A stretch of DNA of 64,000 bases from Protoeuglena noctilucae (Eukaryota), in contig OY253682.1 in assembly GCA_958009085.1 (NCBI GenBank), positions 868,001 to 932,000 of the forward strand. The letters are read 5' to 3'. This document shows positions 35,901 through 48,819 of this stretch, in pieces; the stretch's first letter is position 1; every line of letters starts with the position of its first letter. The translations under genes were made by a program, and so were the position numbers. The notes under the pieces were generated by a model, which had not been told where the DNA came from, did no database searches, and worked only from the letters and a program-made list of their open reading frames with translations.

Positions 35901-36081
35901 GTCCCGCGACCCCGCCCGTGCCGGCCGTCGAGCGCGGCCGACACCGGGGCCCCCCGACCTCCAGACCAGTCACCTTGGCGACATTAGCGCCCGCCCCGAT
36001 CGACATGACCATGAAGGGGCATCCCGGCGTGCCCAGCCCCAGGCCCAGGGGCCGGAAGTTGAACTCGCTCGTCGTTGCCAT
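32916..36081 (-). CDS. Translation initiation factor eIF4G/eIF(iso)4G (MIF4G + MA3)
   Basis: eIF4E-binding motif RYTKEELV; KQIRGILNRLAPEKFE; VFEKAVSEPSFTFLYVDLC; SSRVRFLVRDILDLRANKWVPRR; helical C-terminal domain. Confidence 0.92.
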
Positions 36082-36282
36082 GGCTGCCACTCGCCGCCGG
36101 TCCACTCGAGCAGCGGTGAGTCCCAGGGCGGCCGCCGATTCCCCGATGAGCCGCTCCTGGGGCGGGCAAACCCGAACTTGTCTTGTCAGGTCTGACGGGG
36201 GGAGCGCCCCCGCCAGCGGGTTTCAGCCTCCCCGCTTCGACGAGCCGAACGAGAGCGCTGCCATCGCGGCGAGGGGAGCAGC

Positions 36283-37644
36283 ATGTGGTCGCTGGCGGCC
36301 CATCCGCGCCATCCGGAGGGGTTGGCACGCGCTGCCCATCCATCACGGCGCCTCTCCCGCGCGCGCGCGTCGGCCTCCTCCAGTTCGCGGCCTCTCGAGC
36401 CGCGCATCCCACGCAGCTCCGAAGAGCAGGTCGAGCAGGCGGTGGCGAGCATCCTGCGGGCTTTCCGCGACGGTTGCGCCGTGCAGCGCGTCGAAATCCT
36501 CCTGCCGCTCATCGGCGCCACCGAGCTCGACGACTGGCCGGGCGGCGTGCAGCAGCAGCTCAAGGCCGCGACCCCGATCGTCGAGGCGCTGCTGCGGGAG
36601 CTGAAGCGCGAGCCGGGTCTCGAGGGACGCATCACTCCGCGATTCCTGGACAAGGCGAGCGGCGGCGATGATGGGGAATAATCGTGATTGATCGGTTGTG
36701 TAATCCTCGATCGCAAGGAGCGGCTTAGGACCTCGCGCGAGTGAGCTGCAAGCTCGATGGTGAGTACCACGAGCGCCCATGCACTATGACCCATGAATGT
36801 CCCCCGCATTGCAGGGCGATGCGGTGGTGGCGTGGGAGTCCCCCGGTGTCTCCGCGGTGGTGTTTCCCACGGGCGGGACGCTGCCCGCCGCCATGCAGGT
36901 GGCGGGGGCTGCCAAGCTGTGCGTGATGGTGAATCCCCAATGGACCACGGGGGGGATCGAAAGCGGGACCTTCCTGAGCGACTTTGGGTTCGGGGAGCAG
37001 CGGGTGAGGATTGCAGAGAAGCGATGAGCGAGGTTGTGAAAGGACATTGGTGGGGATCGAACCCATTCCAGAGCCCATGACTCACATCACATCCCACCCA
37101 TCATCCCCCGCAGCGCCGTAGCGAGGCGTTCGTGGCATCTCTGGGGGAGGACACGTTCTATTTGAAATCGACGCGCATCAACGGGGAGACGGTGCGGGTG
37201 GTGCGGCGGTACCCGGAGCCATACCAAGTGGTGGCTGCTACTGACAAGGGGGAAGTGGTGCTGTCGCAGTCGGTGAGTAGTTTTTAATTGTAGCAGTGAG
37301 CCATACCAGGAGTCTCCTCGCCTCACCTCCCTCATTCATTCATATAATCACTCACACACCCACACCCACACCCACACCCACCCACACACACACACCCATC
37401 CCCACCTCATCCCCAGGAGTCGACTCGCCCCAACAAACACCCCAATCTCAAACAAACACCCCAATCTCAAACCAACACCCCACCTCATCCCCAGGAGTCC
37501 ACTCGCCCCAGTTACAGGCGACTGGAGGAGCTGGCCAAGTCTCGGCCCGGCAGCGTGGCGGCCATGACATGGGTGGAAAGACTGCGGTATGAGGTGGAGT
37601 GGGCACAGAGGGAAGGGTTAAGGAATCCCAATGACAAGGAGTGA
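36283..37644 (+). CDS. LPA3: LPA3-like (DUF1995) photosystem II assembly protein
   Basis: RVEILLPLIGATELDDWPGGVQQQLKAA; LCVMVNPQW..G..LSDFGFG; RRYPEPYQV; RPSYRRLEEL. Confidence 0.8.
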
Positions 37645-37805
37645 GTTATGAGTGAAGCAGTGGATTGTTAGTGACTCATGAAGCAGCTGATAGTGAGACT
37701 GTTGATGAGTGAGCCAGTGGTTGAAACAAAATCGATGGGTGAAGTTGTGAATGAATGAAGCATTTGATATGAGTGACACGGTGTTTGAGCCCAGTCTAAC
37801 GTTGT

Positions 37806-40800
37806 TCAAAACACATAGATAGGATCTATCCTCGTTGTTGGCAGTAGTAGTGTAGAAGAATCTACCGATTGACGAACAGAAAGACCACGCGCTCTGCGAC
37901 ACGCACTGTAACAACGTGCTGCCCCTCTCTGCCCACCCCTCGCCCTGCTCCCATCCCCTCTTCCCACCCACCCCACCCCACTCTTCTCACCCATCTCCCT
38001 CATCCCCCACCCTATCCTCCCCCTCCACCCCCCTCACCCCACCCCCCCATCCCCCACCCCCTCGCCCCCCTCCACCCCACTTCCCGCCGACTGCAGCGCT
38101 CGCATCGCCTTCGTGCGCATGCTGGCGGAGCTGGCGACTTTGAGCAATTTCGAATTGGTGGCTTTGAGGATCTTCTGCACGCCCTTGCGTGCCAGTCCGG
38201 TGAGGTGGGCGGTGAGGGCCTGGTGTTGGCGGCTGGTCACACGCCTGGGAGTGAGGGTGAGAGGGAGTGGGTGAGTGGGGGTGGCAGTGGGGTGGCAGTG
38301 GGGGTGGTGTTGAGGGTGGCAGGGGGGGTGGTGTTAGGGGTGGCAGTGGGGGTGGGGGTGGGGGTGGCAGTGAGAAATATACACGCATACAAATCCATAA
38401 TCATATCCATCAACTTCTTACTCACCTGTATATCTCGTAGAAGTTTGCCTGCAGCACCGTGGCGGGCAGCGCGATGACCATCATGCCCGCAATGCACTGG
38501 AAACCACCGAAGATGCGGCCGGGGGCTGGGGGGAGGGAGTGGTGGTGTTGGCGTGAGAATGGGATAGCGAGCGATATAACAGCAACGCTACTTAAGCAGC
38601 CGCCCATCTTCTAAGAACCAATCAACAGAGTGTATCATGTACATATACCTTATACAATACAATACATAATATTTAATAAACACCCCATGTCTCACACCGT
38701 ACCGCGTTGATGTCCCCGAACACAATCGACACACCCATCTACACCCATACCTCCACATACACAACATACAATCATCGATACATATTTAGATATATTATAA
38801 ACATATCCCCATATACCTCACCCGTCACCGGGTTGATGTCCCCGAACCCCGTCGTCGTCATTGTCACGATCGACAGCCAGGCCGAGTGTGGGATCGATTG
38901 TAAAGGTGTCACTTCCGTATTCCTGGCACAGCCGGGCAGCGCATCGTAGTAGTTGGGGCATGTGAAGGTGGCTCCGTATCCCTGGTTAGGCACGTATCCC
39001 AGGTCAGTGGCGAAGGTGCAGCCGTGGACCAGGGCGGAGTAGACGGGGAAGGTGGACCAGTCTGGGGGTGGGAGAGAGGGGTGGAGGTGAGGTGGGGAGA
39101 AGGTGAGGGGGGAGAGAGAGAAGTGTCGCACTCTCACTGCCACTGCCACCATTAAAACCACCCCCACTGCCACCCTCAACACCACCCCCACTGCCACCCC
39201 CACTCATCCCCTCACCCGTCTGCTGGCTCTGGTACACGTTCACATCGCATGTGTAGTCCGTCTTGAGCAGCCACTCGTATAACAGCCCCGACATGTTGCC
39301 GTGTTCCCCGAACCACACCAGTGATCCGAAGAACACGATGGCCATGAGTAAGATGAGGAACAGGAGGTCTAGCACGGGGAGGGAGACGGTGACGGAGCGG
39401 AGGGTCACTGGGGGGGAGGTGGGGTGGGCGATGAGATGGAGGGTGACAAGGGGTGGTGGGCATTAAGCAGTCCCATCTCCCATCACCATTGCTACCTTCT
39501 ACCACAACCTCCCTTATCTTATCATCACTCTCCATTCTCTCATGTAACCCCCCTCACCTTGCAGGTGCTTCTGCGACAGCTTGAGCAGTCGCATGGCCCG
39601 GGTGAGCCTCAGCACTCGCACCATTTGCAGCCCAATGACGCGCTTGGTGACTGCTAAATCCACGAAATAGGGCACGACCGCCGCCAGGTCGATGTAGTTC
39701 ATGAAATCCTGGAAATAGTAGGCGACGGAGGGGCAGGACCAGAAGCGTAAAGCGATCTCGATTACGAATATCGCGATGCACGCCGACTCGATTGCAAAGA
39801 AGGGGGTGGTGGTGTCGGACTGAGGGGGAGGGAAGTGAGAGTTACTGATACTGAGTGAGTGAGTGAGTGAGTGAGTGAGTGAGTGAGTGAGTGAGTGGGG
39901 GTGGCGATGTTGCAGTGGGGTGGGGGTGGCGCTACACAGCTGAGTAAACGCATACCACCCCATGCATAGCAAATAGCATCCACCCCATCCAATGCATATC
40001 ACACTACTCCATTCACAGTACTAGCCACCACCCCAATTTATACCAGCCTCTCACCGTGGGCTTGTAGTAGAGCAGCGACGTCTCGGTGATGAAAGAGACG
40101 GTCGACAGCAGGATGGCGGTGGTGATGGTCAACCAGATGAGAGTGGCCAGCCAGGAGCTGGCGGGGTTGTTGAGAAGGTGCCAGACGCGGGACTGGGGGC
40201 CGCCCTGGGTGTGTATGGGAGAGAGAGAGAGCATGAAGGGTACGTATTGAATGCCACCCTTAACACCACCCCCACTGCCACCCTCACTCCCAGCCCCACT
40301 CGCAACCCCACTGCCACCCTCACTCCCACCCCCACCGCCACCCTCACCGGCAGCCGCGGCCCGCACGACCTCCAGTCGTATTCCATCGTCTTCGCCTCCT
40401 CCATGGCCTGCTTCGCCGTCCCGTCCACGCTAACGATCGAGAATCGGTCATCATCGTCGCCGTCCGCGTCCGTGCCGCCGTCGTCCTGGCTCGCGCGCAT
40501 CGATGCGACCCTGCGAATGAGAATATACATGATATTATCATTGATAACATGCGACTGCGGTGTCGCAAAGGATCTCCGTTAGGAGTGGAAAGGGCTGCGG
40601 GGCGCTGTGCATGTCCATGGGCTCGCTGCAGTCACGAACGCCGATGTGCACCATTACATCCGACTCGCCTTCGCCGCATCGCAGCCACGACGTCGAAGGC
40701 GGGGTCCGCGGGCTCCGGGACGGGCACGTAGGGGCCCGGGGGAGCGCCGCGGGACTTGGGGGGAGGCGACAGCGCCACCTGCGGGCGAATTCGCGACATT

Positions 40801-41430
40801 TTCAGCGTGAGTACATGCAAAGCGGGCCCGTCGGAGGCCCCCGGCGCTACACGTGCACGTGGCGGGGCGGCTCGCCTGCATGATGCGGTTCTTGTGGGCC
40901 TTGGCGTCCGCGGTCTCTCCCGCGGGCGGGTCGTCCGCTTCCTCATCCTCGTCCTTTTCTCTGATTCCCGGAAAGAGCGGGACCGGGCGATACCCGCGGA
41001 AGAGGCGGTGCGGGAGGAAGTGCACCACGACGCCGCCCGCGCGGGCCTCCGAGATGTCGAAATACTCGTACGCGACGCCGTTTCTTTGGAGAAGGAGACA
41101 GTCCCTAGCCGCCTGTGCGTCGCGGAGAGCGGGGAGCGCGTTGAGGGCAGGAAAGGCTCGGGCAAGGGCTGGGAAGGGCAGCGCCGCGTCGCTCGCAAGC
41201 TCTTTAGTTCCCCCGGTCCATGCAACGTCAATTGGCTACCAAACAAAAGCGATTGGCGCCACGCTTCGTCATCCACACGCGCCCCGCGCTCGCCTGGAGC
41301 GAGACGGGCTTGGGGTCCACGACGTGGTGCTTGAAGCGCAGGATGCACAGCGATAAGAGGTCCTCGAGGCTGAACGCAAAGAGGTTTCCTTCCACCGACG
41401 TCTCGCCTCGACAGACGAGCACGACGCCGT
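37806..41430 (-). CDS. Voltage-gated potassium channel (6TM, Kv-like); ends approximate
   Basis: VWHLLNNPASS; IESACIAIFVIEIALRF; MNYIDLAAVVPYFV; S4 VRVLRLTRAMRLLKLS; pore WLSIVTMTTTGFGDINP; S6 GMMVIALPA. Confidence 0.9.
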
Positions 41431-41945
41431 GCGCGGGGGGGTCCGGGAGCGCGTTTCCACCTGCGGCTCGGTCCCGGGTCGCGCGTCGTCACCTCTGGGC
41501 CGCACGAGGGCACAGAGAGATGCGATATATGTCAGAGATAAGCGCGGCGTCCGCGACTCGCCTCGCAGCATCACGCCTCGCGCGTAGGGCCGCGTCATGC
41601 TGCCGAGGGGCCTGCGGGGCGCCTCGCGCACCCCCGCGAGGATGGCGCCCAGCGACCACGCAATCATCTCACGCTTTCGTAGTTCTACACGTCACGGGAG
41701 GGACGCCCCCGGGCCCGCGGCCGGCATGGCCCGAAGCTGCGCACTTTTGCACTCTCCAGTCGCAGCTATGCTCGCGAGCCGCGCTCGTGCGCCGGATTCC
41801 GTCGCCAGATAATTGCATAGACATCCAAAAGCCGAACAGTACATCATCGGGCCGCGCCACCCGTCGGATCTTCACACACCGTCGGCCGAACTGGCACGCG
41901 CTTCATCGCCAGTCCTCTCTCTCAATTGGCATTGAATTTTAAAGC

Positions 41946-44900
41946 TCACAGCTCCTTCTCCGCATCCGGGAAAAGCGTTCCGTCCAGATACGACATGAGG
42001 ACATCCAGGGACCGCCCCGGCTGCGTGTAAGGGACCATGTGCCCCGCCCCACGCACGGTCGCGAGGGTGAGGCCGTCATAGGCGACGAAGTATCCACCGA
42101 CCTGGCGGCGCGAGTCGATCCACGGAGTTCAGTGCTGCAGCGTCTCCAGGCCCAGCTGCGGGGATGGGGTGTGGGGGAGGGTGGGGAATGGTGTGGGGAG
42201 GGAGGACGTTACATATCCACGACAGCACCCACTCCCACTCTCACCATGGTCACCCACACGCGCGTGCCCATCACTGCATACTAATTATCACTATCACTCA
42301 TCACCACCACCCCATCACTCACCATGGTGACCCACACGCGCGTCCCCAGCACGGGCAGGATGCCGTCGACGTCCCCCGTGTAGATGAGAATGTCCAGGGA
42401 CCCATCCTCGAGTAGTTCCTTGTAGACGGGGATCATTGAAGTGAGGAGATCGTCCATGGAATATTCGATGGCGTCGGAACAGGGGAGCCACGTGACTGGG
42501 GGAGGGTGGGTGCGTGAAGTAAGGGAAATGAGATGGGAGGCTTTGCATAAGTAATGTCCATCTTAAGATCAATAAGAGCAATATGCGCACCATGCACACT
42601 CATTTTGCTCAGCACAATGTCTCAATCAATGCATGTACATTTCGCAGTGCAAAGCGCCCTCACCGCCACCCTCGTTGGGCCCCACCGCTCGCAGCGCCCT
42701 CTGCACCTCGGGCTTGTTGAGATACTGGGGAGGAGAAGAGAAAAATGATAGTGGGGAGGTATTGGTGGCAGTGGGGGTGGTGTTGAAAGGAACAGTGAGG
42801 GTAGCAATAAGGGTGGTATCGGCACTAAGTGTGCCAAGCATAGCCAAATGCCAATCACAGTAGTACCGTGCTTCGCATCAACCTCAATGACTCACCGCCG
42901 TGAGCTCGAAGTCCACGCAAGGGTCGACGTCGTTGTCCTCATCATCATCGTCACTGCCACCGCGGAGACTGGGGGAGGGGAGAGACGGAGCGATGGTTGG
43001 TGAGTGATGGTGAATGAGGCTGAGTGACAGGCAGAGTGACAGACGGAGCGGCAGTGAGCGACGGTGAGTGGCTATGAGTGAGAGTGAGCGACGGTAACTG
43101 ACAGACAGTGGAAAAGACAGACATCCACTCTTACCCCAACCCCTTCCCACCCCATTCACCCCCACCCCACCCCCCCGTCAACCCCCCTCACCGCCTACGC
43201 TGCTCCCCCGCCCCCCGCGCCACCCCCGCCCCCGCCGCCATGCGCCACGGCAGCGACGCCGCCCCCCCTTTCAGCACTTTCACCATCTGCTGCGCCTGGC
43301 CCCTGACCGCAGTGCCTGACTCAGCGTCACTGCCAGTGACGCTTGAAACGGCACCGAAGTCGCACACGTCCTCGTACACGTCGTAAATGTCGATGCCACC
43401 CATGTCCGACACGGCCATGTCCACGAACGCCTCGCAGTCCGAATCGTCGGAGAGCCCCGGGGATCGAACCCGCGACCTCTCGGCCGCCTGCGCCAGCCGC
43501 CGGCCCTGCGGCCCCAAAGCCGCCTCCAATGCGGCTGCTTGCATTCCCGCATTGCCAGACTTGGCGATCGTCTTCTTTGCGAGCATCGCGCGCGCCGGGT
43601 CGATGCCGAGGTGCGTGGCCGCTGCTGTGATTGGCCAGGCGGCCTCGATGGGGCCGAGGGTTTTGAGATCGCAGAACATCTGAGTGGGTGAGAGGGGTGG
43701 GGGGGGTGGGGGGGTTGAAGGGGGAGAAATGTGAGATGACCATGGCAGAAATGCACGGCAGAGCATCCGGCACTGCATGCCCCATCACCCATTCCCATCC
43801 AATCCCTCACCAGCACCCCCACCACCACCGCATGCCCGTCACAAGTCCCATTCTCTCACCAGCACCCCCACCATCGCCTCGTCCGATATCAGCCCCCGCA
43901 CCCATGCGTTGACCAGCGCCCCGGCCGTGTCAATCGCCGGCACCGTCCAGGGATCGCCCACCAGGATGCCAGACAGGGGGATGGGGGACGATGGGTATTG
44001 GTCGAACCAAGCGGGGGGGATGGACCAGCGGCCCTTGGACTGAGTGGGAGGGATGAGAGGGGAAGAGGTGAGACATGGGAACTGAGGGGGATGAGAGGGT
44101 GCTACGTAGTAACACATGTTGTGTTTGTATGGAGCAGTGACGGCACCGTCTCTACCCATCTTCCCATCCACCCACCCACTCTCTCACCTCCCCCCTGCTC
44201 CACTGCAGCACCCCACCTCAACCCGATACATCATTGACAGTGATAGTGCAAGTCACAGTTGATAGTACGACTATCGGTAACCCTTCCTCACCTCCCCCCG
44301 GTTCCACTGCAGCACGGCCGAGGCCAGGTTGGGGACATAGTGACCCCCGTAGCTCTCCCCCGCGATGATGAAGTCGCTATTCGCGTACTCTGGGAAAAGG
44401 CGGAAGAACTCCAGCAGGAATCGAAGGGCGTCCGTGGCCGTGCGGGCGTCGCCAACCTGGGGGGGAGGGGAGAGGGTGTGGGTGAGAGTGAGGGGGTGGG
44501 TGTGGGTAGCAGTGGGGGTGGCAGCCGGTCATATGAAGTCCACCCCAATTTCACTATCTCATCACCCCATCTCCACCCCCAAACCCCCACTCATCCTCAC
44601 CACCGCGTCCGCCTGGTCCCCTGACCGTGAGAATCCAACCATGGCGGGGGACTCGAGTGCCACCACCGACGCCTGGGACACCCACGTGTGCCAGTTGGGC
44701 TGGAGGGAGGCGCCGTCTGCGAAGATGGGAAGTCACCAAGTTAGTGACTTTCAGTATCAGCAGAGCATGGTAATGTGAGCGCAACACCACATCGAGCGCT
44801 GTGCCATGAACAGCGCTCGCATGCGCGGACTGCACGCTCAATCACCTTCGTTGGGGTAGTAAGGACCCAGCTCGGAGAAGAATCCGAGCAGAGAGCTGCA

Positions 44901-45306
44901 TCCCGGGCCGCCGTTGAGCCAGAGGATCACGGGCTTGTCCGCAGGGTCCTCGAACGCCTCCGCGAAGACGAAGTAGAGGTCGCGGTGCGCTTCGTCGTCG
45001 ACGGTCACGTATCTAGAACGCGGAAGCGAGGGCACGGGCTGAGCGGGGGGACTTGCGGGGCGCAGGCGGGCGGAAGAAGGCGCGGTCTCACCCGCCGTAA
45101 AGGCCGAACTCGCGAGGGCCGGGCTCCCCCGGGAGATCCCCGATGCGGTACTTGTCCGCCTCACGCGGCTCCTTGGGCGCGTCGCGGGCCAGGGCGACGG
45201 CCTGGGGCCCCGCGAGGCGCCCCGCAAACACGCCGGTGGTTAGGCCCGCGACCGCGAGCGCCAGGACCGCGATCAGGGCCCAGAGGGACACCCGCGCGAC
45301 CTTCAT
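41946..45306 (-). CDS. Serine carboxypeptidase, peptidase S10
   Basis: Signal peptide; VILWLNGGPGCSS; IAGESYGGHYVP; IYTGDVDGILPVLGT; TVRGAGHMVPYTQP. Confidence 0.93.
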
Positions 45307-45695
45307 CGCGCTCCGGTGATGCAAACTCAGGAAGGGGCGCTGATACTGCCTGATCAGGTGGAAGAAGGCTGCGACTCGGAAGTCGCTCCGGAGCAACAAG
45401 TAAAGTGGCTCGCGATGCTTTGCGCCACCACTCCTAGCGCGAAATTAGCGTGGGCGAGCGCGGGGAGGGCGCAGATCGCGGCGAGGCGACACGTCCTCAC
45501 TGGCACTCGGCTGACGAGGGTCCTGGGGGCCTGCCACGTCCAATCCGCTGCACCAATATGCTCTTTCACTCCATCGCAGCGCGCTCGTCTGCACGATCGG
45601 TCCTCAGCGCGCTGCCTGGGAAAGAACAAGTGGCTCCAGGTTAGGGCCCGTTCGCGCCGTGCTCTGTCATCCATCCGCGATCACCACTACCGCGA

Positions 45696-48525
45696 TGGCT
45701 TGTCGCTTGAGCCGTGTGGATCGCGGCCCTGTCGTGGGCGCCGCGATGGCCCGCGCTGGCCCCGCAGCGCGTGTGCCACCTGTGCACGAGTGCCGCGCAC
45801 TCTCCGCGCGGCGCGCGATTGACCGCACGACATCGCCGCCACTTCCTGGAGACAATGCACCATGCGCGCCTCTGCGCGCGTCCATGGCGGCCCTCGCGGT
45901 TGCCATCTCGGTCCTCGTTGCCCCGTTCCCCGCTTTGGCTGACGACGACGGCGATCTGATCATCCGATTCCCGGGCAGTCCCATCGCTGAGGTCCGCAAG
46001 GCCCAGCAGGCCCTCGTGGAGGCGTGGGCGTACACGAGCCTCCAGTTCTTCGATCCCACATTCAATGGGATGGGATTAAGCCAATGGAAGCAGCAACTCC
46101 AGCAGTGAGCGGCGCCAATGTGGTTGCAAAACGCAGCAGAATGTATATATTAAAAAGACATGAATTCAAATGCAAATTCAAACCAATACCTTTCCGCGTC
46201 CGCGCGCAGGGCCATCGCCCGCACTTTTCGCGCGTCATCGGCCACTGAGGTGGTCACCGAGAGCGACGCGCTGCTCTCTCTGCTGGGCGATCCCTTCACG
46301 CGCGTGGTGCGCGGCGACGAGGAGCGGCGATTCGACATGCAGGTGCGCAGGAATGAAGGCGGGGTGTTGGGGGCGGGGTGTCAGGGGTCACACGCAGTTA
46401 TGGCGGGTGCTGCACCTGCACCCACTCCCCCCTCACTGCCACGCAGCGGTCGGGGGAGGTGTTGTCGAGCGGAGTGATGGTGGCTGCGTCCTCGAAAGAC
46501 CCAGCGAAAGTGGAGGTAGCGTACGTGCTGCCGGGGAGTGGGGCGGAGGCGGCGGGGGTGCGGGCGGGCGATGCTGTGGTGCGGGTCGGGGGGAGGGACG
46601 TCGATGCGCGGGACCTGCCACGGATACCGGGTGAGTGGCAGTGTGGGGAGGGGGTGGGTGGGTGCAAGGGTACTGTGTTAACACGGTCGTCACTGCGCGG
46701 GACCTGCCACGCATTCCCGTGAGTAGCAGTGAGGGGAGGGGGTGGGTGGGTGCAAGCAGACTGTGTGTATATGGGCACTTGGGAAGGAATACATCGTGCT
46801 TGCAGCACTGGGGAGAGGGGTGCCCCCACTGTACCACAAAGTATGGCCACTTCCACATATTCTCACCTCTCATACCCCCCCATCCACCTCACCTGCCCAC
46901 TCTCACCCCCTCCCCCCTCTCAGATCTCCTCCGCAGCGACGGTGTGGAAGTCACACTGCGCAGAGAGGGACCGGTGACACCCCTAAGACCTTCCAGGCAC
47001 GGCTGTCCACCACACGCGTGCCCGTCAGCTCCGTGCAATACGCAGCACTGGGTGCTGATACCGTTACTGATACTGGTACTGGTACTAATGTGATCGGTAC
47101 TTATACTGATACTGGTGTTATGGGAACTGGTGGTGATACTGGTGTTAAAGAGGGGGCTGATGGTGACACTGTGACTGGTGCTGATGCTGTGAGGGCTGGT
47201 GGGGGAGCGGATGGGGGGGCGAGCGGTGGGGTGCGTGGTGTGAGTGGCGGCGACGATGGTGGGAGTGGGGGGGTGAGGGGGGTGACTGGGGATGAGCAAA
47301 GCAAGAGTGGTTCAAATTCACTTTCAGTGGGGTACATACGGGTGGCTTTCTTTGGGGAGAGGTCGGCACAGGACGTGAGGGGAGCGATTGAGGTGACTGG
47401 TGATATAAGCAGCGGGGCAGCGAGTGGCTGAGTTATCCTGTGAAGTGGGCTGTGTTACACCTGCTTGCATCTTGTCTCCCACTGCTATCGCCACTGCCAC
47501 CCCCACGGCCACCCCCACTGCCACCCTTACCACCCTCACTGCCACCCCCACTGCCACCCTCAACACCACCCCCACTGCCACCCCCACTGCACCCTTAACA
47601 CCACCCCCGCTGCCACCCTTACCACCAACCCCACTGCCACCCCCACAGTCCCTTCAGTCCCTTTCTGACAACGCCCCCCATTCGTGGATCGTCGATCTCC
47701 GCGCCAACCCCGGTGGTATCGTGCTGAACGGGGTGGAGGTGGCGGAGCTGTTTCTGGCAAACGGGGACGTGCTGTGCCAGGTCAAGTACCCGGACGGGCA
47801 GAGCGAGGTGAGGGGCGGTGTGTGTGGGGAGGAGCAGAGCGTTTGTGTGCACACAGCAAGGTGAGGGGCAGTGCTGGGGAGAAAGCTAAGCGCACCTCAT
47901 CTCCCTCCCTGCTCCATCTGCAAACGTGCCTCGCCCTCCGTGCTTCGCTCTGCCCCATCCGCAATCGCGCTTCACTCCTTCATGTTGTACACTATAGTAC
48001 ACTATTTAAATGTGCTATCATCCCTTACCCCCAGGTGGTGCGCCTGACCGAGGCGGTGTCGCTGGTCCCCCCCTCCCAGCCCATCGTGGTTCTGGCAAAC
48101 AGGGGCACTGCCAGTGTCAGCGAGATCCTCGCGGGGGCGCTGAGGGACGACAGGGGAGCCGTCATCGGTGAGGGGGGATGCGAGACGGTATGAATGTTGA
48201 TACTGATACTGCTGATACTGATACGGATACTGCTACCGGTACTGATACGGAAAACTGATACTGATACTGACACATCACTTCCAATTCATAACACTGTGAA
48301 TCTGTATTACATGTGTCAATGCACGTGTTACACTTCCTTCCCAACCCCCCTCCCCCCCATCCCCCCGCAGTGGGCGAGACGACGTTTGGCAAGGGCCGCA
48401 CCCAGCGCATCGTGCGCCTGCAGGACGACTCTCTGCTGTTCCTGTCCAATGCCGTGTATCTGACACCGAAGGGCGATCCTGTGGACCGAGTGGGGCTGCG
48501 GCCGGACGTGGTGTGCCAGCCGCAG
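45696..48525 (+). CDS. C-terminal processing peptidase CtpA (S41), thylakoid lumen; 3' end runs into the gap
   Basis: LVEAW..FFDPTFNG; LLGDPFTR; PDZ-like exon; IVDLRANPGG; VLANRGTASVSEILAGALRD; GETTFGKGRTQ. Confidence 0.9.
47480..47646. repeat. Dispersed intronic minisatellite (actgccaccc[t/c][t/c]aacaccaccccc), representative copy
   Basis: Related arrays at ~909-970, 13449-13487, 18270-18320, 29330-29440, 38280-38370, 39135-39200, 40253-40345 and 42765. Confidence 0.85.
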
Positions 48526-48572
48526 GTGAGGGGGTGGGAGGGGGTGAGAAGGGTGGGAAAGAGAGGGAGGGT

Positions 48573-48772
48573 NNNNNNNNNNNNNNNNNNNNNNNNNNNN
48601 NNNNNNNNNNNNNNNNNNNNNNNNNNNNNNNNNNNNNNNNNNNNNNNNNNNNNNNNNNNNNNNNNNNNNNNNNNNNNNNNNNNNNNNNNNNNNNNNNNNN
48701 NNNNNNNNNNNNNNNNNNNNNNNNNNNNNNNNNNNNNNNNNNNNNNNNNNNNNNNNNNNNNNNNNNNNNNNN
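48573..48772. other. Assembly gap (200 N)
   Basis: Run of N. Confidence 1.
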
Positions 48773-48819
48773 ATCACCCATACCCTGCAACCTGCCAACC
48801 CCCCATCCCCCACCCGCCC

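Noticed and set aside
41946..41960. C-terminal EKEL as an ER-retention signal on the carboxypeptidase
   Set aside because: Does not match K/HDEL closely enough to claim
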